From the IMG/VR virus record IMGVR_UViG_3300007352_000006: a stretch of DNA of 50,118 nucleotides, one strand, 5' to 3'. Positions 15,344 to 24,965 of this stretch are shown piece after piece. Positions within the stretch are counted from its first letter, which is position 1. The number at the start of each line of letters is the position of its first letter. Both the position numbers and the translations under genes were made by a program. Origin of the DNA: a virus. The notes beneath the pieces were generated by a model. The model searched no databases. It had not been told where the DNA came from and worked only from the letters and a program-made list of their open reading frames with translations.

Positions 15344-16047
15344 AAGTCTTTGTTGGCTATGACGCCCGCGAACCGGAAGCTTACAAGGTCTGCGTTCGCT
15401 CGCTCCTGAAACATTCATCTATTGATCTTGATATTATACCACTTCTGGACGCCGACCTAAGGGCGAAGAATTTATACCGGCGACAATACAAGCAACTCGC
15501 CGTGGGCCCGAGATATGATTTTCTTGATGGCAAGCCGTTTTCTACGGATTTTGCGTTCACCCGTTTCCTTGTTCCATCCCTGTGCGATTTTGGACCGGCG
15601 GTTTTCTGCGATGCGGATTTCCTGTGGCGCGGCGATATCAATAGCCTCTTGGATCATTTCGACAATTCCAAGGCTGTGCTGGTTGTCCAACACGACCACA
15701 AGCCGGACGAATCCGAGAAGATGGATCACATGATCCAGGAATCGTACCCGAGAAAGAACTGGTCAAGCCTGATCCTGTGGAACTGCTCGCACTATGCTTG
15801 CCGGGCATTGACGCCAGAGTATGTGAATACAAAACCAGGCTCGGACCTTCATGGGTTCAAATGGGTTGACGACGATCATATCGGGTCGCTCCCCGTTGAG
15901 TGGAATTATCTTGTCGGCTGGAACACGAAGGAACAATGCGAACATCCTTCCGCCGTTCATTTCACGAACGGTATCCCGACGATGCCGGGTTGGTGGAATC
16001 AGGAATATGCCTCGGAATGGCTGAGCACATTGAGAGAAATCCAGTGA
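15340..16047 (+). CDS. GT8-like (GT-A fold) glycosyltransferase
   Basis: FTRFLVPSL, VFCDADFLWRGDINSL (DxD), HFTNG..PGWW resemble family 8 glycosyltransferases. Confidence 0.65.
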   Translation: MKVFVGYDAREPEAYKVCVRSLLKHSSIDLDIIPLLDADLRAKNLYRRQYKQLAVGPRYDFLDGKPFSTDFAFTRFLVPSLCDFGPAVFCDADFLWRGDINSLLDHFDNSKAVLVVQHDHKPDESEKMDHMIQESYPRKNWSSLILWNCSHYACRALTPEYVNTKPGSDLHGFKWVDDDHIGSLPVEWNYLVGWNTKEQCEHPSAVHFTNGIPTMPGWWNQEYASEWLSTLREIQ

Positions 16048-16772
16048 GACGCTGCATAACCAGTTTCTCACAAGCAGGATACGCAGAATATGGCAAGAGA
16101 TTTCTCCAGTCCTATGTGGGGCACTGGCCTATTCCAATTACGGTATTCTATGAGCACAAGAAGCCGGATTTCGAGCATGAAAAAGTCTCCTATATCGACT
16201 TGATGGCTGATGAAGACCTGATCTTCTTTCTCATAGATCATGAATGGGAATCCGCAGCGAACGGAATTCAATGGGACGATTCCGGTAAACCCTTTGCTAA
16301 CTATCGCTATCAGGCGTGCAAGTTCGCCAGAAAAATCTACGCGCTTACATCTCCGCGCATGGAAGATTCCGATTGGCTGATCTGGCTGGACGCCGATATC
16401 GAAACCCACAAGGACATCGACGACAGATTCTTTGCAGAAACCTGCAAGAAAGAATTCGTCGCCTCTTATCTCGGGCGGGCGGATTGGCACCATTCCGAAT
16501 GTGGGTTCGTCGCCTACAATATAAACAAGCGTGGCGACGATTTCCTGGCCCGCATGAGGGATATCTACAATTCCGGGGAACTGTTCGATCTGGACGAATG
16601 GCATGATTCGTTCGTTTTCGATCATGTCAGGAAGAAATGCGAGGAAAGCGGATTGAAATTCCTCAACCTGTCCGCCGGGGTGCCGGGGAATCATGTCTGG
16701 CCGAATACGATCCTCGGCGAATACATGAGTCATAACAAAGGCCCAGAACTGAAGGAACGAGCCTATAAATGA
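16044..16772 (+). CDS. putative GT-A-like glycosyltransferase (DxD)
   Basis: GTG start in a GTGA overlap; ITSFSQAGYAEYGKRFL and WLIWLDADIE motifs. Confidence 0.45.
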   Translation: MRRCITSFSQAGYAEYGKRFLQSYVGHWPIPITVFYEHKKPDFEHEKVSYIDLMADEDLIFFLIDHEWESAANGIQWDDSGKPFANYRYQACKFARKIYALTSPRMEDSDWLIWLDADIETHKDIDDRFFAETCKKEFVASYLGRADWHHSECGFVAYNINKRGDDFLARMRDIYNSGELFDLDEWHDSFVFDHVRKKCEESGLKFLNLSAGVPGNHVWPNTILGEYMSHNKGPELKERAYK

Positions 16773-18160
16773 GCCGTTATATCCAACTTCATGCATTGAT
16801 CGACCATCACAAGCCGCAGACGTTCGTTGAGATCGGTACTTGGAACGGGATGCGAGCACTTGAGCTTTCCAAGTCCCTTCTCAAGCACCATCAACAGGTC
16901 ATGTATTATGGGTTCGACCTGTTCGAAGACGCTACGGAAGAAACCGATAAGGCAGAGTTGAACGTCAAGGCCCATTCCAGCTTGGAAGCGGTAACTGATC
17001 TGCTGTCCCAAGTAGGGCCGGGATTCAAATTCACCCTGATCAAAGGTAATACCCGCGAGACGCTTCCGAAATGGAAGTCGCAGCTTTCGCAGGCTGACAT
17101 GGTGTTCATCGACGGCGGGCACTCAGTCGAAACCATCGCGTCGGACTATGAGAATGTGAGGGGGGCGAAGGTCGTCATTTTCGACGACTATTATGTCCCT
17201 GATGACAAGGGGAGATGTCAGGACACGGAAAAACACGGCTGCAACAAGCTCCTTGAAAACGTACCTCATACGATCCTGTCCGCGAAAGACCCGGTGAAGG
17301 GGGGCGGATTGGTGCAAATGGCCGTCAGTCCTCCGGAGGCGGCAAAGATACAGCTACAGCGGAACGTAGAGGTCAAGACCAAGAACTGCGTCCCGCATCC
17401 GGAGATACAGGCAAACATCCGATATTCGGTCGGATTGAAACCACCGTTGATGCCGAAGATGCCGGCCCACAAACACCTTGCCTTGATGTGCTCGGGCGGC
17501 CCTTCGCTGGAATGGTATCTCTACGAACTGGCGGAAAAACAGAAGGCCGGCGGGAAACTCGTATGTGTCAAGCACGCCCACGATCTTCTGCTGAAAAACA
17601 ACATCGTGCCGGATTTCTGCATCCTTCTCGACCCGAGGGGACATGTGCAGGACTTCATTGATAACCCGCATCCCGAGGTTCATTACCTCGTGGCGTCGAT
17701 GTGCCATCCGTCCACGTTCGACAAGCTGATCGAGAAAAAGGCGAAGCTGTGGACGTATCATGCTGCAGTAGGCGCCGATGAACAAAATCTGCTCAAGGAA
17801 ATCGGTGGACAGGGGCTTCTTATCGGTGGCGGGTCTTCCTCTTGCACAAGAGGGATTTCCGTCATGTGGTCCATCGGATTCCGCAGATTCGAATTGTTTG
17901 GGTATGATTCGTCGTATGTCGAACCGCCAAATTTGTGGAATATGGAACCGGAAGAGCGCAACAAGTTTTGCAAGATCGCCATCAATGGGCGGGAATTTTA
18001 TACGGACTTCGAGAAGCTCGCGGAAGTCCAGGATTACGAAAAACTCAGGAAACACGACATGGGCGGGGATTTCACCGTCCACGGCGGCGGTATGATCCCC
18101 CATGTCGAAAGGATTTTGACACAGAATGTCAATGATACCTTCAGACGCATCTTCGGCTGA
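16769..18160 (+). CDS. fusion of class I methyltransferase and Maf/DUF115 (MptE-like) domain
   Basis: N-terminal FVEIGTWNG ... VFIDGGHS; C-terminal LALMCSGGPSL ... LIGGGSS resembles motility-accessory-factor glycosyltransferases. Confidence 0.55.
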   Translation: MSRYIQLHALIDHHKPQTFVEIGTWNGMRALELSKSLLKHHQQVMYYGFDLFEDATEETDKAELNVKAHSSLEAVTDLLSQVGPGFKFTLIKGNTRETLPKWKSQLSQADMVFIDGGHSVETIASDYENVRGAKVVIFDDYYVPDDKGRCQDTEKHGCNKLLENVPHTILSAKDPVKGGGLVQMAVSPPEAAKIQLQRNVEVKTKNCVPHPEIQANIRYSVGLKPPLMPKMPAHKHLALMCSGGPSLEWYLYELAEKQKAGGKLVCVKHAHDLLLKNNIVPDFCILLDPRGHVQDFIDNPHPEVHYLVASMCHPSTFDKLIEKKAKLWTYHAAVGADEQNLLKEIGGQGLLIGGGSSSCTRGISVMWSIGFRRFELFGYDSSYVEPPNLWNMEPEERNKFCKIAINGREFYTDFEKLAEVQDYEKLRKHDMGGDFTVHGGGMIPHVERILTQNVNDTFRRIFG

Positions 18161-20117
18161 GCTTGCGAACCTCGCCCAGAGTCTGCCCGAAGATGAACTG
18201 AAGAAAATTGCCGATCAGTGCATCCGTGAATTCGATGACGACGACGCAACCCGGAAGCCGTGGTTGCAGATGCACGCCGAGTGGATGAAGCTCTTTTATC
18301 AGGACGATAAGCCGAAAAATCCCCCGTGGCAGGGCGCTTCCAGTGAATCTCTACCCTTGCTTGCCGAGGCTTGTGTCCAGTTTCAGGCCCGCGCTTATCG
18401 CAACCTGTTCCCGAACGAACACGTCATCAAGGCGATGCCGGAGGGAGAGGTTACGAATGACAAAAAAGAACGCGCCAACAGGGTCGGGAAACACATAAGC
18501 TGGCAGCTTATGGTCCGCGACAAGCGGTACAAGTCCGACAAGGACGCCCTCCTGCTTTCCGTTCCCCTACATGGATCGTTTTTCACGAAGACCTATTACG
18601 ATCCGTTTTTGGGGAGAAATCGTACCGATAACGTCAGGGCAGAGGATTTGGTTGTCCCCTACGGGGTCGGGCCGAGGGAACTGGAGGATATCGAACGTAA
18701 AACGCACATCATTTGGATGTCCGTCAACCAGACCCGGTCATTGAAAGCATCTGGATATTTTATTGAGGAAGGGAAACCCTATACGCTCGGTCAGAAAACG
18801 GAAACCCAGAAAGCAACCGAGAAACAGGAAGGATTGCAGGAATCCATCCTCCAGCAAGAACACCTGCCCTGCAAAATTCTTGAACAGCACCGCCTTCTCG
18901 ACTTGGATGGGGACGGTCTGGCGGAGCCCTATATCGTAACGCTCGATTACGCCTCAAGGAAGATACTGAGAATCGCGATCCGGTATGAAACGGACGAAAT
19001 GGGGAATCCTATCGGGGACAAGCGACCGATTGAATTCTTCGTCCATTATCCATTTATGCCGAATCCGGATGGGTTCTACGGGCTGGGATATGGGCATCTG
19101 CTTGGTAACATAAATATTGCCCTCAACAAGATGCTTCGTCAGACGGTTGATGCGGCCACGCTCGCGAATGTTGGGAATCATTCAGGATTCGTGAACCAGG
19201 CTGTCGGGGCCGGCAAGGGCGATATCGAATTCCATCTCGGGAAGTTCAAGACCATCCGGGGGACATCGGAAGACCTTTCCCGCTCGATATATCAGTTCAA
19301 ATTCCCTGGTCCTAATGCTGCGCTGATCGAATTGATAGCCCTTCTGGACGGGAAGGGCCGTGGGCTGGCGTCAGTGCCAGAAGCCCTGACCGGACAGATG
19401 GACAAGGTTGTCCAGCCCACGACTGTTCTTGCTCTTATCGAGCAGGGTTTGCAGGTTTTCTCGACGGTCTATGAGCGGATCATCGAATCGTGGAAGCGCG
19501 AACTTGCCATTCACTATCGTTTGAACCGGAAGTACATGCCGAATTCGGAGTACTTCACGATCCAGGATATGGCGCAGGGACTCCAGAATCTGGCCATCGG
19601 AAAAGACGACTACAAGGATGACTTCCTCGTTACGCCTATCGTCGATCCGAAGATGGCGACCGAACAGCAGAGGCTTGCTAAGGCACAGGCCGAATGGCAG
19701 TTCGTTTCTACGAATCCCATTATCATGCAGAATCCAATTGCATTGTACCGGGCGTCGAAGCGTTATCTTGAAGCCATCGGCTCGACGGACATAGATGAGA
19801 TTCTTCCCCCGATGGTCGCTGACACGCCGCCGAGGGTGGACGATCAGGGGATAGAGAACATGGGGGCGCTCCAACCGATTCCCATGATGTCCGATGTCTA
19901 TATGGACCAGAACCACCTTGAGCATATCAAGAAGATCGACGAATTCCTGCAATCCCCGTATGCCGCACAGATCACGCCAATGGGCCTTCAGATTCTCATG
20001 GGGCATCGGCAGAAGCACGCCGCGTTCCTGTACGGCATGACGGAAACAAATCTGCCTTCCGTCATTGACGATAAGGCTCCGACTATCCCAAGTGCCCAGA
20101 TGGCTCCGCTCCAATGA
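18126..20117 (+). CDS. portal protein
   Basis: 663 aa, first large gene of the head module after terL; size and context; not verified by motif. Confidence 0.6.
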   Translation: MSMIPSDASSAELANLAQSLPEDELKKIADQCIREFDDDDATRKPWLQMHAEWMKLFYQDDKPKNPPWQGASSESLPLLAEACVQFQARAYRNLFPNEHVIKAMPEGEVTNDKKERANRVGKHISWQLMVRDKRYKSDKDALLLSVPLHGSFFTKTYYDPFLGRNRTDNVRAEDLVVPYGVGPRELEDIERKTHIIWMSVNQTRSLKASGYFIEEGKPYTLGQKTETQKATEKQEGLQESILQQEHLPCKILEQHRLLDLDGDGLAEPYIVTLDYASRKILRIAIRYETDEMGNPIGDKRPIEFFVHYPFMPNPDGFYGLGYGHLLGNINIALNKMLRQTVDAATLANVGNHSGFVNQAVGAGKGDIEFHLGKFKTIRGTSEDLSRSIYQFKFPGPNAALIELIALLDGKGRGLASVPEALTGQMDKVVQPTTVLALIEQGLQVFSTVYERIIESWKRELAIHYRLNRKYMPNSEYFTIQDMAQGLQNLAIGKDDYKDDFLVTPIVDPKMATEQQRLAKAQAEWQFVSTNPIIMQNPIALYRASKRYLEAIGSTDIDEILPPMVADTPPRVDDQGIENMGALQPIPMMSDVYMDQNHLEHIKKIDEFLQSPYAAQITPMGLQILMGHRQKHAAFLYGMTETNLPSVIDDKAPTIPSAQMAPLQ

Positions 20118-20299
20118 TGGAAAAAGAGGAACGTCTGGCATGGGGGAACAGTTTCCCTACGAAGGATTTCCTGAGAGAGCTTACACAGAGATTCCAGCCC
20201 GGCGAGGAATGGGCGAGAACGTCGAACTTCGACCGGGTTAATATGCTCAGGGGGCAGAAAGAGGTTCTTGACTGGATTTTCGAGGAATATCTGAAATGA
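20114..20299 (+). CDS. hypothetical protein, 61 aa
   Basis: ATGA overlaps at both ends. Confidence 0.45.
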   Translation: MMEKEERLAWGNSFPTKDFLRELTQRFQPGEEWARTSNFDRVNMLRGQKEVLDWIFEEYLK

Positions 20300-21390
20300 A
20301 TTTCATGCAAGAACTAGCCAGGGCTACACAGAAAAAGCCGATTAATGAACAATATGGTATGGATTGGTTATCGAATTTGTCTCGCTATCGCATGGCCGAA
20401 CGGCGCGGTAGAACGGCCAAAGGCAGGGAGCGCCACGTCGAAAATTATCCGTCGAACATGCCGGAAATTGCTGATGATATGGCGATGATGGGGCGTGGCG
20501 GCGACAACATGGTCGCCCACATGACCAAGGGTGAATTCAATATCCCCCGGAAGGTTCTCGACGAAAATCCGAATCTTCTTGGTGCTATCGCCAAGGCCAT
20601 GACTCGTTCCGGTCTTGACTGGACGGAATTCGTCGCCGGCTCTCCGAACATGAAGCGAAATCCTGAAACCGGGGCCGGGGAATTTTATGTCGGCGAAGGT
20701 ACATCCGGTGATGCGCCTGGAATCGATGCGAGCATTTCTGATACAGGCGCGTCTATCGGTGGTGCTCCTGGAATGGAGGGCATTTCTGATCCTGGCCAGA
20801 CTGGCGCTCCAACGGGCGTATCTCCGGCTGAAGGTGGAGGTGGTATTGGCGGAAACATCAGTTTTTCGGAACAGGTGAACCAGGCGGTCCCAAGTCTTCT
20901 GGGCTATTCCATGTATAGCAAGGGGGCCGAACAAATTGGTTCGAGCATTAATGCCTTACTCGGCGCTCTTGGCATCGAAGGGAGCGCGCCGGCTGTTGGT
21001 TCTGCTGACCCGGGCGGGCATGGAATAGGGACGCTCGAAAATCTTTCCCCGGCCCAAAAAGAAACGCTTGAAGAAGTCATCAAGAAATATTCCCGCCCTG
21101 TGGAACTAGCTCAGCCCGGTTTTCTTGGTCTAGGAGCAGGAATGACGCCGCTCCAGCTTCGTTCGGCTATCGCAACATATGGAACCGAAGGCGAGGATTC
21201 AGCATTCGATGATCCTCTAACCAAATCTTACTACAAGAATCTTCTGCAGCGATCATTGATTTCCGATACCGGAGAACTCGGGGACTATTCCCAGATTCTC
21301 CCCATAGAGCATCGTTATCTACAGCAGGCGCTCGGGCTGAACTATCAGCCCACGACCCAAGGCCTTCTGGACGCCATCGCGGCGTCGTAA
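20296..21390 (+). CDS. virion-module protein, 364 aa
   Basis: GGDNMVAHMTKGEFNIP ... NPETGAGEFY motif seen in phage structural-module proteins; Gly-rich middle. Confidence 0.55.
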   Translation: MNFMQELARATQKKPINEQYGMDWLSNLSRYRMAERRGRTAKGRERHVENYPSNMPEIADDMAMMGRGGDNMVAHMTKGEFNIPRKVLDENPNLLGAIAKAMTRSGLDWTEFVAGSPNMKRNPETGAGEFYVGEGTSGDAPGIDASISDTGASIGGAPGMEGISDPGQTGAPTGVSPAEGGGGIGGNISFSEQVNQAVPSLLGYSMYSKGAEQIGSSINALLGALGIEGSAPAVGSADPGGHGIGTLENLSPAQKETLEEVIKKYSRPVELAQPGFLGLGAGMTPLQLRSAIATYGTEGEDSAFDDPLTKSYYKNLLQRSLISDTGELGDYSQILPIEHRYLQQALGLNYQPTTQGLLDAIAAS

Positions 21391-21447
21391 TCGCGTCTGG
21401 CCGCTTCAGGCCCGTTAGACGCACTTTCCTCAAAGCACGGAGCTTAC

Positions 21448-21735
21448 ATGGCAATCGACCCTCTATTTGCGCGCGTACTCCTTCAGCGGGAAAAGCTGAA
21501 GACTTCTATTATCATTCCGGACATAGCGGCGAAGCGAAACGCCCCCTGTATCGGGACGGTCCTGAAGACCGGAGATACCTGTGAAGACAGGATCAAGGGA
21601 CTTGTTGGAAAGAAAGTCCTTTTCGGCCAGCACGCCGGGACATGGATCAATGAGGACGGAACGGCCGTCGCCGATCCGCTGAAGGCCGAATTTTTCATGT
21701 GCATGGAAGAAGACCTACTTGGAGTCATCGAATGA
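21448..21735 (+). CDS. GroES/Cpn10-like co-chaperonin
   Basis: PLFARVLLQREKLKTSIIIPD..IGTVLKTGD..VGKKVLFGQHAG..EEDLLGVIE aligns by eye with GroES. Confidence 0.55.
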   Translation: MAIDPLFARVLLQREKLKTSIIIPDIAAKRNAPCIGTVLKTGDTCEDRIKGLVGKKVLFGQHAGTWINEDGTAVADPLKAEFFMCMEEDLLGVIE

Positions 21736-22508
21736 CCGAGCAGACAGCAGAACAGCAAACCGAAGTGAAAACGGAGCAGAAGCCGGGTACGGAATTCGTC
21801 GATTTCGCGGACCTTCCCCCGGAAGTAAGGGAAAAAGTCGAGCCGCGGTTCAAGCGTTTGTACTGGAACTTGAAAGAGCATGAACGCGCTCTTGTCGATA
21901 TCGGTTCCCGGTACAAGGTGGTTGAAGACGAGCTTCTGAATCTCAAGCAGAATCACGTCAACCAGAAGACCGAAGACGAATTGACCGGGCTGAGACGCGA
22001 GAAGATCGCGGCTCTTGAACGGGCCGATTATGTCCGCGCCGCCGAACTGGACGAGAAGATTTTCGAAATCAAGGCTCAACCAAAAAAAGCCGAGGTCAAG
22101 CAGCCGGAAACTACCGAAGCCCAGCTTGGCCCCACTGAAATGGCGGCCTATCAGATGTGGTCCGGCCAGACGGATCAGAATGGGAATCTCATGCGTCCGT
22201 GGACGCAGAAGACGCACCCGCTGTTCTCGAAGGCAATGGCTGAGGTTCATGCCGTAGGGGCGGACCCGAGATTTTCCGGCGAACCTGTTGAAAAAATTCT
22301 ACAGGAAATCGATCGCCGCATGGGGATAACCGGGCGCCCGGCCGCGCAACAGGTTCTTGGCGCCTCGCAGACACGTCAGGTGGACAAGAAAATTGCATTG
22401 TCCGAAGACGAAAAGCGGGTTGCCCGCAGACTTTACCGCCTCTCCGGCATCGTGAAAAACGACGATGAGGCATTTGACCGCTATCTGAAAGCAAAGGGGA
22501 CAAAGTAA
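21732..22508 (+). CDS. putative scaffolding protein
   Basis: 258 aa, acidic, coiled-coil rich, between portal and capsid; ATGA overlap start. Confidence 0.45.
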   Translation: MTEQTAEQQTEVKTEQKPGTEFVDFADLPPEVREKVEPRFKRLYWNLKEHERALVDIGSRYKVVEDELLNLKQNHVNQKTEDELTGLRREKIAALERADYVRAAELDEKIFEIKAQPKKAEVKQPETTEAQLGPTEMAAYQMWSGQTDQNGNLMRPWTQKTHPLFSKAMAEVHAVGADPRFSGEPVEKILQEIDRRMGITGRPAAQQVLGASQTRQVDKKIALSEDEKRVARRLYRLSGIVKNDDEAFDRYLKAKGTK

Positions 22509-22924
22509 TGACCGAGACAAAGAAAAATGGCCGTCCTTCGTGGAAGCCGGCCTCGATGCTCGATGTCGTCAGGAAAGTCCCTGGCTTTCGTTACCGCTGG
22601 GTATCAAAGGACCCGGCGAACATGGACAAGAAGCAGCGTGAAGGATGGGCTCACGTCAATCAGATGACGGGGCTCGAAGGAGAGCATATCGCACCCGGAA
22701 ATGCAGCAGATGGCAAACCGCTTACGTCCCTGAAGGAATACCGCGATCTTACTCTGATGGCGATGCCGGAAGAGATGGCACAGGAACGCGACAGGTATTT
22801 CCAGGAGAAAACCCTTGCCCAGACTGCGGGTCTGAAAAAGCGCGCGGAAGAAGCCAACGAGGACAACGCGCGCAAATACGGAGCCGACCCAACGGGGGTA
22901 AGGGGGAAAATCGTCATCGAATAA
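22508..22924 (+). CDS. head-module hypothetical protein, 138 aa
   Basis: TAATG overlap; FRYRWVSKDPANMDKKQREGW motif. Confidence 0.55.
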   Translation: MTETKKNGRPSWKPASMLDVVRKVPGFRYRWVSKDPANMDKKQREGWAHVNQMTGLEGEHIAPGNAADGKPLTSLKEYRDLTLMAMPEEMAQERDRYFQEKTLAQTAGLKKRAEEANEDNARKYGADPTGVRGKIVIE

Positions 22925-22939
22925 CCCCAGGAGAAGAAA

Positions 22940-23515
22940 ATGGCTACTTCCGGTAGTCGTCGCCGGGGATTCGTGCCTTGCCGTCACCTTTCCGGGAGCA
23001 AGACTTTCCGCACGAATCTTTACCCGGTGAGCGCCGATAACGCAGCCGTGTGGCCCGGTGATCCGGTCTGCATGGTCGGCGGTCGCGCCGCTCGCTATAC
23101 CACGGCTCAGGGTGTCAACTATCTTGGTATCATCAAGGCTTGTTACGATACCAACAAGAAGCCCCTGACCTTCAACCAGCCCACTCGCGGCCCGTACCTG
23201 ATTGCTTCGCAGGGCGGTTATGTCGAGGTCTACGACGATCCCGACATCACCTATCTGGTGGAGTACAACGGCACGGCTGCGGACACCACGCCCGGCCAGG
23301 TGGCGGAGATCGAGCTTACTGCGGGTTCTACCGCCGTAGGCCAGTCCCGTGTCTTCATCGCGGCCGTTACCGCGAATTCAGGCGTGACCGCTGCCGCCGT
23401 GGGCAAGCCGTTCCGCGTCATCGGACTCGGTCCGAACGAACTGGACGAGGCCGGCGGCACCGGCAACGATCTTGAGGTCGTGGCTCGAAACCACGTCTTC
23501 AAGAAGGCCACGTAA
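22940..23515 (+). CDS. head-module protein, 191 aa (possible decoration/auxiliary capsid protein)
   Basis: GGAG RBS; immediately upstream of the major capsid gene. Confidence 0.5.
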   Translation: MATSGSRRRGFVPCRHLSGSKTFRTNLYPVSADNAAVWPGDPVCMVGGRAARYTTAQGVNYLGIIKACYDTNKKPLTFNQPTRGPYLIASQGGYVEVYDDPDITYLVEYNGTAADTTPGQVAEIELTAGSTAVGQSRVFIAAVTANSGVTAAAVGKPFRVIGLGPNELDEAGGTGNDLEVVARNHVFKKAT

Positions 23516-23528
23516 GGAGGGCTGAGCA

Positions 23529-24419
23529 ATGACTGTATCCACTGGCAATTTTGCCGAACTGCTCTGGCCCGGCATCAAGGACCTGTTCGGTCAGGCTTAC
23601 GAGCGTTGGGAGACGAAGTACACGCAGTTCTGCGACATCATGGAATCGGACAAGGCGTTCGAGAAGCTCCAGGGTGTCACCGGCCTGCCGCTGGCTTCGA
23701 TCAAGACCCAGGGCAACCAGATTCCGTTTGTCGATCCCATGCAGGGGTTGCAGAAGGAATTCGTGAACGTCACCTACGCCATCGGTTCCGGTGTTACCCG
23801 CGAAATGTACGAGGACGATCAGTACAACTACATCAACTCGATCCCCTCGATGATCGCGGAGAGCGTCCGGCAGACCGAAGAGACTGTGGCGACGAATGTG
23901 CTGAACAACGGCTTTTCCACCGCTACGGCGGCGGATGGCCTCAGCGTGTTCAACGCAAGCCATGTTCTTGTCGCAGGCGGGACGTATCGCAATCAGCCTT
24001 CGACGGCCGCCGATCTCACGCAGACCTCGCTTGAGCAGGCGTTCATCGACATCTCGGACTACACCGACGACCAAGGCCTGAAGATCAACATCATGCCCAA
24101 GGTTCTCATCGTTCCGACCGCGTTGCAGTTCGTCGCGGAGAAAATCCTCAATACTGAGTATGAGGTCGATACCGCGAACAATACGGTCAATCCGATGAAG
24201 GGCCGGTTGCCGCTCGTTGTCACCCCGTTCCTGACCGATACCGACGCATGGTTCATCAAGACCTCGTCCCGCAACGGGATGGTCTTCTTCAACCGGCGCT
24301 CGGCCGATCTGGAGCGCGACAACGACTTCAACACCCAGAACCTCTTGTTCGCCGGCACCCGCCGTTTCTCGGTTGGCGTCGCCGACGCGCATGGTCTTTA
24401 CGGTTCGCAGGGCGCGTAA
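23529..24419 (+). CDS. major capsid protein
   Basis: 296 aa, strong AAGGAGGG RBS, followed by a strong terminator; composition typical of HK97-fold MCPs. Confidence 0.7.
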   Translation: MTVSTGNFAELLWPGIKDLFGQAYERWETKYTQFCDIMESDKAFEKLQGVTGLPLASIKTQGNQIPFVDPMQGLQKEFVNVTYAIGSGVTREMYEDDQYNYINSIPSMIAESVRQTEETVATNVLNNGFSTATAADGLSVFNASHVLVAGGTYRNQPSTAADLTQTSLEQAFIDISDYTDDQGLKINIMPKVLIVPTALQFVAEKILNTEYEVDTANNTVNPMKGRLPLVVTPFLTDTDAWFIKTSSRNGMVFFNRRSADLERDNDFNTQNLLFAGTRRFSVGVADAHGLYGSQGA

Positions 24420-24430
24420 GAGCACTCACC

Positions 24431-24460
24431 GGGGGAGGCTTCGGCCTCCCCCTTCTTCTC
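24431..24460 (+). terminator. rho-independent terminator after capsid gene
   Basis: GGGGGAGGC-TTCG-GCCTCCCCC stem-loop followed by TTCTTCTC. Confidence 0.7.
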
Positions 24461-24515
24461 AAGTCACTGACTGACCGTTGAACACGGCAGACGGAACCCA
24501 TAAGGAGTCCGACAG

Positions 24516-24962
24516 ATGACCACTTTCCGTGGCCCGCTCTACGTGCGGGCAAAGGCAGATAACGGTATCCCCGCGCAGAGCGACAAGGGCACCGTCATTC
24601 TCGAACAGATGGTGTCGCTGGCCGCAGATACCTCGGGGGCATCCTCGATTGTCCTGCCGGCGAATTCCCGCATCGTGGATATGAATGTCGTCGTCATCAC
24701 CCCGGCGACGCTCAATACCCAGGGCATTCTTGTCCGCGTCGGTACCACGAGCGATGCGATCAAGTTCGCCAACATCAAGACATCGGCCTCAAATATCTAT
24801 CGCTGCGGTTACGCCCCTAACCTCACGGCCGGTTCCGTGGCGGCATGGCACAACATCGGGACGGGCTCTCAGCGGCTTTATATCGATGTAACCGCCGCCG
24901 CCTCGGCTGCCGAAACCGCCGAATTCACCGGCCTGCTCTCCATCCAGTACGTATTGAGGTAA
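24516..24962 (+). CDS. virion-module hypothetical protein, 148 aa
   Basis: AAGGAG RBS; co-oriented structural block. Confidence 0.55.
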   Translation: MTTFRGPLYVRAKADNGIPAQSDKGTVILEQMVSLAADTSGASSIVLPANSRIVDMNVVVITPATLNTQGILVRVGTTSDAIKFANIKTSASNIYRCGYAPNLTAGSVAAWHNIGTGSQRLYIDVTAAASAAETAEFTGLLSIQYVLR

Positions 24963-24965
24963 GTC

